Assembly (NCBI GenBank): GCA_963717505.1
Contig: OY970342.1
Coordinates: forward strand, 1,664,001 to 1,728,000
DNA: 64,000 nt
Reading direction: 5' to 3'
From: Candidatus Eiseniibacteriota bacterium
GTDB taxonomy: Bacteria; Eisenbacteria; RBG-16-71-46
Numbering within the stretch: position 1 is the first letter of the stretch; each line of letters opens with the position of its first letter. Shown here piece by piece: positions 47,612-58,374 of the stretch. A program made the translations under genes and the position numbers. The notes under the pieces were generated by a model. That model worked only from the letters and a program-made list of their open reading frames with translations, ran no database searches and was not told the origin of the DNA.

Positions 47612-49509
47612 CGCCAGGTCGCACGTCGGTGATCGCCAGCGCGCTCCTCAACGTGGTGTTGCTGGTGTCGGCCGGCATGGCGGCGGCGGCCGAATCGGCC
47701 CCCAGCCCCCGCCGCGCGATCGCGATCGCCGAAGATCAGCGGCGTTACCCGGATCTCAAGCGCTTCCTCGCGCACGCCGATTCGGCGATTCGCGCCCGCG
47801 CCGTGCTCGCGGTCGGCAGGCTCCAGGACTCGACCACCGTTCCCGATCTGCTGCCGATGCTCGACGACTCGAGCGCCACGGTGCGCGCCGAAGTGCTGTT
47901 CGCCCTCGGCCAGATCGGGCACCGCTCGGCGCGGGCGGCGCTCGAAGGCCGGCTCCAGGGCGGCTCGACCGATTCCCGCGGGCTCGCGATCGAGGCGCTG
48001 GGCAAGCTCACCGATCCGGCATCGACCCCGCGGCTGGTGCGCTTCCTCGCCGATCCCTCGCCGGCGCTCCGGCGCGAAGCCGCGATGGCGCTGTGGCGGA
48101 TCGGTGATTCGACCGCGGTCGATCACCTGCTGGCCCGGCGCAGCGATCCCGATCCCGGTGTGCGCTGGCGCGTTCTCTATGCGCTCGAGAAGATCGTCAT
48201 GCCGTCGAAAGTGGTTCTGCCGGTGGCGCTCCACCTCGACGACACCGACGCCCTGGTGCGCGCCTATGCCGTGCGAACGCTCGGGCGCCAGAAGTCGCCG
48301 AGGGCGACCGCCTACGTCACGCAGGCGGTGGGCGACGCCGACCGCAACGTCGCGGTCAATGCGATCCGAGCCCTGCAGATGATCGCCGACACGACCTGTG
48401 CCTCGTGCCTGCCCACGTTGACCGGGGCGTTGGCGCATGCCCATCCCTACATGCGGGTGACCGCGGCCACCGCTCTGGCCGACCGTTTCGCCTGGGGTCC
48501 GGCGGACAGCGCGGCACGCGCGGGGGCGATGAAGGCGCTGGACAAGGCGCTGGCCGACAGCAACGCCGCGACCCGGGGTGCTGCCGCGCGAGCGTTGCTC
48601 GCGCGCGACGGCGAACGGGCGCTCGATCGCGTGCGCCCGCTGCTCGCCGACTCGTCGCTGTACGCACGCACCGCGGTGATCACGGCGCTGACCCTGCTGC
48701 CGGCGGCCACGGTCACGCCCCTGCTGCTCGAGCGCCTGACGCCCGTGCATCCCCTGTTCGTGCGCATGACCGCGGCGGATGCGCTGGGAACCCTGAAGGC
48801 GCCCGAGGCGTTGGCCCCGCTGCGTGCGGCCCTCGAGGACTCGACCCTGCTGTACTGCGCCTCGGCGGCCGCCGCACTGGGCGAAATGGGCGACAGCGCC
48901 AGCGTGCCGGCGCTGTCGGCCGCGTACGCGAGCCGCGCACGCGACGCCGATGCCGACGCGCGCATCGCGATCCGCGACGCTCTGCGCAAACTGGCGGGCC
49001 GCGCGTACGCCGACAGCATCGAGCGCAAGTATCCGACTCCGGCGGCACCGGCCGAGTTCGCCGCCGACTTCCAGGATCCGCCGGCCTGGCGCGGAGCGGT
49101 TCTGCACACCGCCCGCGGCGCCATCGAGTGGTCGTTCTACGGCGCCGAAGCGCCTCAGACGGTGAAGAACTTCTGCCGGCTCGCCGAGCGCGGCTACTTC
49201 AACGGTCTCGCGGTTCACCGCGTGGTGCCGAACTTCGTCATCCAGGACGGCGACCCGACCGGCACCGGGTCGGGCGGCCCGGGCTACTCGATACGATGCG
49301 AGTACAACCAGCTGCGCTACGAGCCGGGCATGGTCGGCATGGCGCTCGCCGGCAAGGACACGGGCGGGAGCCAGTGGTTCATCAACCACTCGCCGCAACC
49401 GCACCTGAACGGCCGGTACACGATCTTCGCCCGCGTAGTCCGCGGCATGGAGGTCGTCCAGAACGTCGTCCAGGGCGACCGGGTGCTGAAGGTCGAGCTC
49501 CTGAAGTAG
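47608..49509 (+). CDS. secreted HEAT-repeat protein fused to cyclophilin-type peptidyl-prolyl isomerase
   Basis: Signal peptide, multiple HEAT repeats, APQTVKNF, HRVVPNFVIQDGDP and DTGGSQWFI; ATGA coupling to the C25 gene. Confidence 0.92.
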   Translation: MTPGRTSVIASALLNVVLLVSAGMAAAAESAPSPRRAIAIAEDQRRYPDLKRFLAHADSAIRARAVLAVGRLQDSTTVPDLLPMLDDSSATVRAEVLFALGQIGHRSARAALEGRLQGGSTDSRGLAIEALGKLTDPASTPRLVRFLADPSPALRREAAMALWRIGDSTAVDHLLARRSDPDPGVRWRVLYALEKIVMPSKVVLPVALHLDDTDALVRAYAVRTLGRQKSPRATAYVTQAVGDADRNVAVNAIRALQMIADTTCASCLPTLTGALAHAHPYMRVTAATALADRFAWGPADSAARAGAMKALDKALADSNAATRGAAARALLARDGERALDRVRPLLADSSLYARTAVITALTLLPAATVTPLLLERLTPVHPLFVRMTAADALGTLKAPEALAPLRAALEDSTLLYCASAAAALGEMGDSASVPALSAAYASRARDADADARIAIRDALRKLAGRAYADSIERKYPTPAAPAEFAADFQDPPAWRGAVLHTARGAIEWSFYGAEAPQTVKNFCRLAERGYFNGLAVHRVVPNFVIQDGDPTGTGSGGPGYSIRCEYNQLRYEPGMVGMALAGKDTGGSQWFINHSPQPHLNGRYTIFARVVRGMEVVQNVVQGDRVLKVELLK

Positions 49510-50358
49510 CTAGAACGCCTGGTCGAGCCACTCCTCGAGGATCGTGCGAATCTTCACCGCACCGAGGCCGGCGTGCACCTTGACGTCATCGTGCGTGATG
49601 ATCTCGTCGGTCAGGCCGGTCGCGCGGTTGGTCACGCAGGAAATGCTCGCGCATGCCGCGCCCAGCTCGGCGGCCAGCGTCACCTCGTGCACCGTGCTCA
49701 TGCACACGACGTCGGCGCCCAGGGCTGCGGCCATCCGCACCTCGGCGGCGGTCTCGTAGCTCGGTCCGTGGCTGCCGAGCAGGACGCCGCGGTCGAGTCG
49801 GATTCTCGAACGCAATGCGGCCCGTTCCAGGGCCTGAGCGAGCGAGGGATCGTAGGGCGTCGCCACCCGGCGCCCGGCGCGGCGCTCGGTGCGCTCGGCG
49901 GGCGAGAGCAGGCCGCGCTTGCCGATGAAGTTGATGTGACTCGAAGCCAGCACCAGGTCGCCCGGCCTGAGTTCTGGATGGATCGCGCCGACCGCGTTGG
50001 TGAACACCAGGGTCCGCGCGCCGAGGGCGTGCATCACGCGCACGCCGAAGGTCACGCGATCGAGCGAATAGCCCTCGTAGCGATGGCTGCGCCCGGCGAG
50101 GATCGCGACCGGTACCCCGCGCCACGTGCCGAGCGCCAGGCGGCCGAAGTGGCCCTCCACCGTCGACGGCGGCCAGTGCGGGATCGCGCGCGTCTCGACC
50201 ACGACCGCGTCGGCCACCGCATCGACCACATCGCCCAGGCCCGAGCCGAGTGTCAGGCCGACGCGCGGGATCGACGGAGTTCGCGCGCGCAGGAATGCCA
50301 CCGCGTCGCGCACGCGGGTCTCGACGTCGTCGACCGGCAGGGCCGGGGGCTCGATCAC
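49510..50358 (-). CDS. purine-nucleoside phosphorylase (second paralog)
   Basis: LGSGLG, GRSHRYEGY, GPSYETAAE, CMSTVHE and CVTN motifs; coupled to the ABC permease. Confidence 0.93.
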   Translation of the reverse strand: MIEPPALPVDDVETRVRDAVAFLRARTPSIPRVGLTLGSGLGDVVDAVADAVVVETRAIPHWPPSTVEGHFGRLALGTWRGVPVAILAGRSHRYEGYSLDRVTFGVRVMHALGARTLVFTNAVGAIHPELRPGDLVLASSHINFIGKRGLLSPAERTERRAGRRVATPYDPSLAQALERAALRSRIRLDRGVLLGSHGPSYETAAEVRMAAALGADVVCMSTVHEVTLAAELGAACASISCVTNRATGLTDEIITHDDVKVHAGLGAVKIRTILEEWLDQAF

Positions 50359-51262
50359 TGGGGTCGCTCCGGGTCGTAGGGCACGCCGACGGCGCGCGGC
50401 GGAATCGCGCGCCCGATCAGGCCGGCGAGCGCCAGCATGGTGACGACGTAGGGCAGCATCTGCAATAGCTCGTTCGGGAACCGGGTGCCCTGGAGCGCGA
50501 TCTGGAGCGCTTCGGCGGCGCCGAACAAAAGGCAGGCGGCGGCCGCACCGACCGGATGCCATTTACCGACGATCATCGCCGCGATCGCGATGTAGCCGCG
50601 TCCCCCGGTCATGCCGTCGGTGAACGAGTGCTGCTCGCTCGCGAGCCAGGCGCCGGCCAGCCCGGCGAGCATGCCGGACACGAGGACGCCTGCCGCTCTC
50701 GTGCCACCGACCGAGAGGCCGAGCGTGGCCAGTGCCTCTGGCTTTTCGCCGGCCCCGCGAAGCCTGAGCCCGAACACCGTCCGGAACAGCGTCCACTGAG
50801 CCGTGCCGACCACGACGATTGCGAGCCAGACCAGCGGCGAGGTGAGCACGGCGCCGATTCCCGGGAGGCGCTCGAGCCCGAACAGCGCGACCGAGTCGAC
50901 GCCGGCCACCCGGCTCGAATTGGACGATGAATCGAACACGGCGATCAGCACGTACTTGCAGAGTCCGATCGCCAGCAGGTTGATGCCGAGTCCACTCGTG
51001 ATCTGGTCGGCGCGGAGAACGATGGTGACCAGGGCATGAAGGGCTGCGGTCAGGGCTCCGGCCACCAGCGCCGCGGCGACCCCGACCCACGCGCTGCCGC
51101 TCCAGTGGGCGCCGAGCGTGAACGCGAGCGCGCCGATCAGCATGATGCCTTCGAGTCCGATGTTGATCACGCCGCCGCGCTCGCTGAAGCAGGCGCCGAC
51201 CGCGGCCAGCGCGTAGGGCACGCTGATCCGCAGCGCCGCCGCCAGGAACAGGACGAGTTCCA

Positions 51263-51263
<1 letters not shown>
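50355..51263 (-). CDS. nucleoside ABC transporter permease (NupC-like)
   Basis: SERGGVINIGLEG, GRGYIAIAAMIVGKWHP and LPYVVT motifs. Confidence 0.92.
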
Positions 51264-52316
<1,053 letters not shown>

Positions 52317-52333
<17 letters not shown>

Positions 52334-53834
52334 CCTGTCCGGTCATGTACATGCCCAGCGTGCGCTCGTCGGTCATGTGGGGTGCGGTCTCGTGGACGAA
52401 ACGGCCGCCGTACATCACCAACACGCGATCGCTGAGCGCCAGGATTTCGGACAGCTCGGAGGACACGAGGAGGATCGCGCGCCCGGAATTGCGCGCGGCG
52501 ATCAGTCGTCCGTGAATGAACGCCGTGGCGCCCAGGTCGACCCCGCGCGTCGGGTGCGCGACCAGCATCACCGCAGCACCCCGCGAGATCTCGCGGGCGA
52601 TCACCAGCTTCTGCTGGTTGCCGCCCGAAAGCGTGTGAGCTGCCGCGGCCGGCGCCGGCGGGCGCACGTCGTAGTCGGCGAGCAGCGGCCGTGCATGGCG
52701 CGCCAGCGCGCGCGGCGTGAGCCACAGACCGGCGACCGTGCGGTCGTCATGCCGGCCGAGCACCAGGTTCTCGGCCACCGTCATGCCGCCGACCAGTCCG
52801 CGCCGCAGGCGATCGCCGGGCACGTGCGCGAGCCCGGCGCGAAAACGCGCGCGGGCGCCGCGCGGAGCGATGCCGCCCGCCATGCGCACGTCGCCGGCGC
52901 GGGCCGGCCGGAGTCCAGCCAGGCACTCGATCAACTCGTGCTGGCCATTGCCCTCGACTCCCGCGATGCCGACGATCTCGCCCTCGTGAATCGCGAGCGA
53001 GACGCCGCGCACGGCACTCAGGCCACGGTCGTCGGCGACCTCGAGCTGGCGCACCGAGAGCAGGACGTTGCCGGTGGCCGAGGTCCGTTCGCGGCGCGCC
53101 GGCGCCGGAGTGTGTCCGACCATCAGTTCGGCGATCCGTTCACTCGAGTACTCGGCGATCGGACCGCCTCCGACCACGCGTCCGGCGCGCATCACCGTGA
53201 CCCGATCGGCGATCGCCTGCACTTCCGCCAGTTTGTGGGTGATCAGGACGATCGCGGTGCCGGCCGCCTGCAGCTCGCGTAGCACCCGGAACAGCTCGTC
53301 GACCTCTTGGGGCGCCAGCACAGCCGTCGGCTCGTCGAGAATCAGCACCCGAGCGCCGTGATAGAGCGCTTTCAGGATCTCGACCCGCTGCTGGCCGCCC
53401 ACCGAGAGCGAGGCAACTGGGGTGCGCGGATCGACCGGCAGTCCGTGTCGCTGCGACAGCTCGGCCACCCGCCGCTCGGCTTCCGCGTGGTCGAATGCGC
53501 CGACACGCGTGCGCGGTTCGCGGCCGAGCGTGACGTTCTCGGCTACCGTCATCGGATCGATCAGCACGAAGTGCTGGTGCACCATGCCGAGCCCGAGCCG
53601 GATCGCGTCCGCCGGCCGTGCGATGCGCACCGGCCGGCCCTCGACCTCGATCCGCCCGGCGTGGGGTGCCAACAGGCCGTAGAGCACGCGCATCAGCGTG
53701 GTCTTGCCCGCGCCGTTCTCGCCGACCAGCGCGTGCAGCTCGCCGGGGAGCAGCTCGAACGCGACGTCGTCGTTGGCGACGATCCCGCCGAAACGGCGCG
53801 TGATGTTGCGCATGGCGACCACCGGGGGCGGCAT
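52317..53834 (-). CDS. nucleoside/sugar ABC transporter ATP-binding protein (duplicated NBD)
   Basis: GENGAGKTT, GMVHQHF, LILDEPT, LSGGNQQK and PTRGVD motifs. Confidence 0.93.
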
Positions 53835-53981
53835 GGCCGGCGAGAGTAACAGAGCCGCGTTGGCGCGGGCGCCGATCGACACCTTCGCGCGGCTACAGTC
53901 GCGTTGGACCCGGCGGCGGCGTTCGGACAGAATGCGTGGACTCGCGACCACCGTGATGCACCCGACCGAGGACCCCGATCC

Positions 53982-55148
53982 ATGTTCAAGAGATTGCGAT
54001 GGGTGATCGTGGCGCTGGCCGCGATTGCCTTGCTGGTTGTGCTACGCGTGACCTTGTTCCGCACGCCGCCGATCGAGGTCGAAACCGCGGTGATCGGACG
54101 CGGTACCGTCGAAGACGCGGTGATGAACAGCCAGGCGGGTACGGTCCGCTCCAGGCGGCGATCCCGCCTGGGCGTCGAGCGGGCCGGGCGGGTCGCCGAG
54201 ATCCCGCATCGCGAGGGCTCGCGGGTCAAGAGCGGGACGGTGCTGCTCGAGCTGGACGCCTCGACGGCCCGCGTCAGTCTCGAGGTCGCCGAGCGCGATC
54301 GCGACGCCGCGCAAGCGGCGCTGGCCGCAGCGCGCGCCTCCGCCACGCAGGCGCAGCAGGACTTCGAACGCGTCCGCCAACTGCGCGACCGCGATGTGGT
54401 CTCGCAGGGCGAGATGGACGTCGCTCAGTCGCGGCGCGACGCCACCGCGGCCGAAGCCGATGCCGCCGAGGCGCGCCTCGGCCGCGCGCAGAGCGCAGTC
54501 AAGCTCGCGCGCGACGAGATCGACAACCTGCGCGTGCGCGCGCCTTACGATGGCGTGGTCAACGCCCGCCTGGTCGAGGTCGGCGAGTCGGTCATCCCCG
54601 GCCAGCCGGTGCTCGAGCTGACCAGCCTCGATCGACTCTACGTCAGCGCTCCGATCGACGAGATCGACATCGGCCGGCTGGCCAACGGCCTGCCGGCGCG
54701 CGTGACGCTCGACCCCTATCCCGGGATCGAGTGGCGCGGCGAGGTCACCCGCGTGTCGGAAACGGTCGACGATCTCAAGGAGCAGAATCGCACGCTCGAG
54801 GTCGAAGTCGAGGTCGTCCCCGAAGCGAAACACCCCGACCCCAAGCCCGGCACGTCCGCGGACATCCAGATCATTCTCGATCGCCGCGAGGACGTGCTGC
54901 GCGTCCCGACGTTCGCGCTTGCCGAAGGCAAGCGGGTGTTGCTGCTGCAGAAGGGCCAGGCGGTCGCGCGCGAGGTCGAGGCCGGGCTCAAGAACTGGGA
55001 ATGGACCGAAGTGCGCGGCGGGCTCGCCGAAGGCGACGTGGTCATCACCAACCTCGACAAGCAGGGCGTCAAGGCGGGCGCCAGCGTGGTGGCCAAGACG
55101 CCGGCCGCTCGCGACACGGCACGGACGGCCGCAGCCGGAGGCAGCTGA
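53982..55148 (+). CDS. MacA-like periplasmic adaptor (membrane fusion protein)
   Basis: N-terminal TM, biotinyl-like hairpin, coiled coil and RAPYDGVV. Confidence 0.92.
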   Translation: MFKRLRWVIVALAAIALLVVLRVTLFRTPPIEVETAVIGRGTVEDAVMNSQAGTVRSRRRSRLGVERAGRVAEIPHREGSRVKSGTVLLELDASTARVSLEVAERDRDAAQAALAAARASATQAQQDFERVRQLRDRDVVSQGEMDVAQSRRDATAAEADAAEARLGRAQSAVKLARDEIDNLRVRAPYDGVVNARLVEVGESVIPGQPVLELTSLDRLYVSAPIDEIDIGRLANGLPARVTLDPYPGIEWRGEVTRVSETVDDLKEQNRTLEVEVEVVPEAKHPDPKPGTSADIQIILDRREDVLRVPTFALAEGKRVLLLQKGQAVAREVEAGLKNWEWTEVRGGLAEGDVVITNLDKQGVKAGASVVAKTPAARDTARTAAAGGS

Positions 55149-55149
55149 C

Positions 55150-55917
55150 ATGTCTCCCGCGGACGGCCGCCCACAGAACTCCGGCGGCGCACGCGGCGCG
55201 GAAGCCGGCAGCGTCGCGACCGATGGCGCGGTCATCCGCCTCGAGCACGTCATCCGCAACTTCCCGGTCGGCGACTCGGTGGTCCACGCGCTCGACGACG
55301 TGTCGTTGGTGATTCGGCGCGGCGAGTTCGTGGCACTGATGGGCCCTTCGGGCTCCGGCAAGTCGACGTTACTCAACGTGCTCGGCTGCCTCGACACGCC
55401 GACCTCCGGCGTCTACGTGCTCGACGGCGAGCCGGTCGAGAAACTCACCGAGGACGAGCTGGCGCTGGTCCGCCAGCGCAAGCTCTCGTTCATCTTTCAG
55501 GCCTACCACCTGGTGCCGCGCATGACTGCGGCGCGCAACGTCGAGCTGCCGCTGATCTTCGCCGGCGTGGAGCCGCGCGAGCGCCGCGAGCGGGTGCGCC
55601 GAGCACTCGAGCAGGTCGGGCTCACCCACCGGATCACCCATCGCCCGGACCAGCTCTCGGGCGGTGAGCGCCAGCGGGTCGCGATTGCGCGCGCCATGGT
55701 CACCGAACCGCGCATTCTGCTGGCTGACGAGCCGACCGGAAACCTGGATTCGCGTTCGGGCGGCGAGATCGTGGCGCTGCTCGAGCGCCTGAACGCCGAG
55801 GGGCTGACCATCGTGCTGGTGACCCACGACCCCGGCGTCGCGACCCATGCGCACCGGGTGCTGCGCATGCGCGACGGCAAGCTGATCGAGAACGCCGACG
55901 AGATGGAGGCGCCATGA
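55150..55917 (+). CDS. MacB/LolD-like ABC ATP-binding protein
   Basis: GPSGSGKST, LSGGERQRVAIARA and LADEPTGNLD motifs. Confidence 0.95.
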   Translation: MSPADGRPQNSGGARGAEAGSVATDGAVIRLEHVIRNFPVGDSVVHALDDVSLVIRRGEFVALMGPSGSGKSTLLNVLGCLDTPTSGVYVLDGEPVEKLTEDELALVRQRKLSFIFQAYHLVPRMTAARNVELPLIFAGVEPRERRERVRRALEQVGLTHRITHRPDQLSGGERQRVAIARAMVTEPRILLADEPTGNLDSRSGGEIVALLERLNAEGLTIVLVTHDPGVATHAHRVLRMRDGKLIENADEMEAP

Positions 55918-57119
55918 AGTTCCGTGACGCTTACACGCTGGCCGCCGAGTCGCTCAAACTCCATCGGCTGCGCACCGGACTGACGCTGACCGGCATCGCG
56001 ATCGGGGTCACCGCCGTCATCCTGCTGACCGCGCTCGGCGACGCCGCCAAGGGCTACGTGGTCCGCGAATTCGCGGGCATCGGCACCAACCTGGTGATTG
56101 CCTTGCCCGGGCGCACCGAGACCACCGGCGTGCCGACCACCGGCGGCGCCACCCGCGACCTGACGCTCGAGGATGCCGAGGCGATTCGCCGCCGGGCGCG
56201 CGCGCTGAGCGATATGGCGCCGCTGTCGATGGGCTCCGGGGAGTTCTCGTACGGCGGGCGGACGCGCAACGTGTTCGTCGCGGGCACCACCGCATCGTTC
56301 GCGAGGATCCGCCACCTCGAGGTTTCAGTCGGGCGGTTTCTGCCGGCCGGCGATCCGCGCCAGGGCCAGAGCGTGGTGGTCATCGGGCAGACCATCGCGC
56401 GCGAAGTGTTCGGCGACGAGAACCCGCTCGGCAAGTCGGTGCGCATCGCCCAAACGCGTTTGCGGGTCATCGGGGTCACGGCGCCGCGCGGCCGTTCGCT
56501 GGGATTCGACTTCGACGACTTCGCGTTCGTGCCGGTCGGCACCGGCCTCAGGATGTTCAACCAGTCGAGCCTGTTTCGGGTCATGTGCGAGGCCCGGGAC
56601 GCCGCCTCGATCCAGCCGCTGATCGGGCAGATCAAGGAGATCCTGATCGAGCGCCACGACGGCCTCGAGGACTTCACGATCATCACCCAGGACGCGCTGC
56701 TCCAGACCTTCCGCTCGATCATCGACGTGCTGACCATTGCGCTGGCCGGCATCGCGGCGATCTCGCTGGCCGTCGCCGGCATCGGCATCATGAACGTCAT
56801 GCTGGTCTCGGTCTCCGAGCGCACCTCCGAGGTCGGACTGATGAAGGCGCTGGGCGCGCAGCGGCGCCAGATCGTGTCGGTGTTCCTGCTGGAAGCGATC
56901 CTGCTCTCGGCACTCGGGGCGATCGCCGGCAGCGTATTGGGCGTGACCGTGGTGCTGGCTGGCGCGCGGGTCTGGCCCGACTTCCCGTTGGCCCCGAGTC
57001 CGCAGTGGCTGGCGGTCGTGCTGGCGCTGGCGCTCGGCGCCGGTGCGTCATTCGGCCTGATGCCGGCGCGGCGCGCCGCGCGCCTGCAGCCGGCCGATGC
57101 GCTGAGGGCGGGCAAGTGA
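55914..57119 (+). CDS. MacB/FtsX-like ABC permease
   Basis: LRTGLTLTGIAIG, GIGIMNVMLVSVSERT.E.G and PARRAARLQP motifs. Confidence 0.93.
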   Translation: MKFRDAYTLAAESLKLHRLRTGLTLTGIAIGVTAVILLTALGDAAKGYVVREFAGIGTNLVIALPGRTETTGVPTTGGATRDLTLEDAEAIRRRARALSDMAPLSMGSGEFSYGGRTRNVFVAGTTASFARIRHLEVSVGRFLPAGDPRQGQSVVVIGQTIAREVFGDENPLGKSVRIAQTRLRVIGVTAPRGRSLGFDFDDFAFVPVGTGLRMFNQSSLFRVMCEARDAASIQPLIGQIKEILIERHDGLEDFTIITQDALLQTFRSIIDVLTIALAGIAAISLAVAGIGIMNVMLVSVSERTSEVGLMKALGAQRRQIVSVFLLEAILLSALGAIAGSVLGVTVVLAGARVWPDFPLAPSPQWLAVVLALALGAGASFGLMPARRAARLQPADALRAGK

Positions 57120-58318
57120 ATCTGCGCGACTTGTTCGGGCTGACGATCGAGGCACTGCGCGCCCACCGCATGCGCTACGGACTGTCGGCGCTCGCAATCG
57201 CGGTCGGCGTGGCCGCGGTGGTGCTCATGTCGTCGATCGGCGAAGGCATGCGGCGCTTCATCATGGCGCAGATGAACACGTTCGGCAGCTCGGTGGTCGC
57301 GATCAACCCCGGCAAGACCGAGACCGGCGGTGTGCCCGGGGTCATGGGGGGGAGTGCCCGGCGACTCACGCTCGACGACGCGCGGGCGCTGGCGCGCATT
57401 CCGGGTGTCGCCGCGGTCGTGCCCACCGGCTACGGCTCGGCGATCGTCGAGTACGGCGGCCGGGGCCGGCGGGTCTACATCTATGGGGTCAACGATCAAG
57501 TACCCGAAGGTTGGTCGTGGCGGGTCGCCGCGGGCGAGAACATTCCCAAGATGGATTGGGATCGCTCGGCGGCGGTGACGTTGCTCGGCGCCAGGCTCAA
57601 ACGCGAGCTGTTCGGCGAAGCCAACCCACTCGGCCAGGTCGTGCGCATCGGCGAGTCGCGTTTTCGCGTGATCGGCGTGATGGAGGAGAAGGGTCAATTC
57701 CTCGGATTCGACCTCGACGACTCGGCGTTCATCCCGGTGGCGAATGCCATGCGTCTATTCAACCTGCCCGAGCTGAACGAGATCGACTTGCTCGCCGCCT
57801 CGCCCGACGCGATCGATCCGGTGGCCGAGGCCGCGGCCAAGCTCCTGCGTGAACGTCACCGCGGCCAGGAAGACGTCACGATCGTCACCCAGAAGGAAGC
57901 CCAGGAAACGGTAAACAACATTCTCGGGATCGTTTCCGCGGTGGTCACCGGCATCGCCGCGATCAGCTTGCTGGTCGGCGCGATCGGCATCCTGACCATC
58001 ATGTGGATCGTGGTGCAGGAGCGGGTGAGCGAGATCGGCCTGGTCAAGGCCCTCGGCGCCCGGGGTTCCCAGATCATCACCTGGTATCTGTTCGAGGCGG
58101 CGGTCACGGCACTGGTCGGTGGGCTCACGGGGCTCCTCGCCGGCATGGGCGGTGCGGCGTTGCTGGGTGCGGTGGTCCCGGGGCTCGAGGTGTTCACTCC
58201 GCCCGAGATGGTGATCACCGCGTGCGTGACGGCGGTCGGAGTCGGCCTCGCGGCCGGCGTCGGGCCCGCGATACGCGCGTCGCGGCTGGATCCGGTCGAA
58301 GCGCTAAGGGGGGAATGA
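57116..58318 (+). CDS. MacB/FtsX-like ABC permease (second)
   Basis: IAAISLLVGAIGI, ERVSEIG and RLDPVEALRGE; GTGA coupling. Confidence 0.93.
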   Translation: MNLRDLFGLTIEALRAHRMRYGLSALAIAVGVAAVVLMSSIGEGMRRFIMAQMNTFGSSVVAINPGKTETGGVPGVMGGSARRLTLDDARALARIPGVAAVVPTGYGSAIVEYGGRGRRVYIYGVNDQVPEGWSWRVAAGENIPKMDWDRSAAVTLLGARLKRELFGEANPLGQVVRIGESRFRVIGVMEEKGQFLGFDLDDSAFIPVANAMRLFNLPELNEIDLLAASPDAIDPVAEAAAKLLRERHRGQEDVTIVTQKEAQETVNNILGIVSAVVTGIAAISLLVGAIGILTIMWIVVQERVSEIGLVKALGARGSQIITWYLFEAAVTALVGGLTGLLAGMGGAALLGAVVPGLEVFTPPEMVITACVTAVGVGLAAGVGPAIRASRLDPVEALRGE

Positions 58319-58374
58319 GCGCGGGATTCATCGGGGCATGACGCGGTGCAGCGAACACAGTGGAGGAGGGACCC

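Noticed and set aside
53982-58318. MacAB-like exporter with two permeases and no TolC as the exporter of tagged proteins
   Set aside because: This architecture is common. The tagged proteins have Sec signals and nothing in the sequence links them to this transporter.
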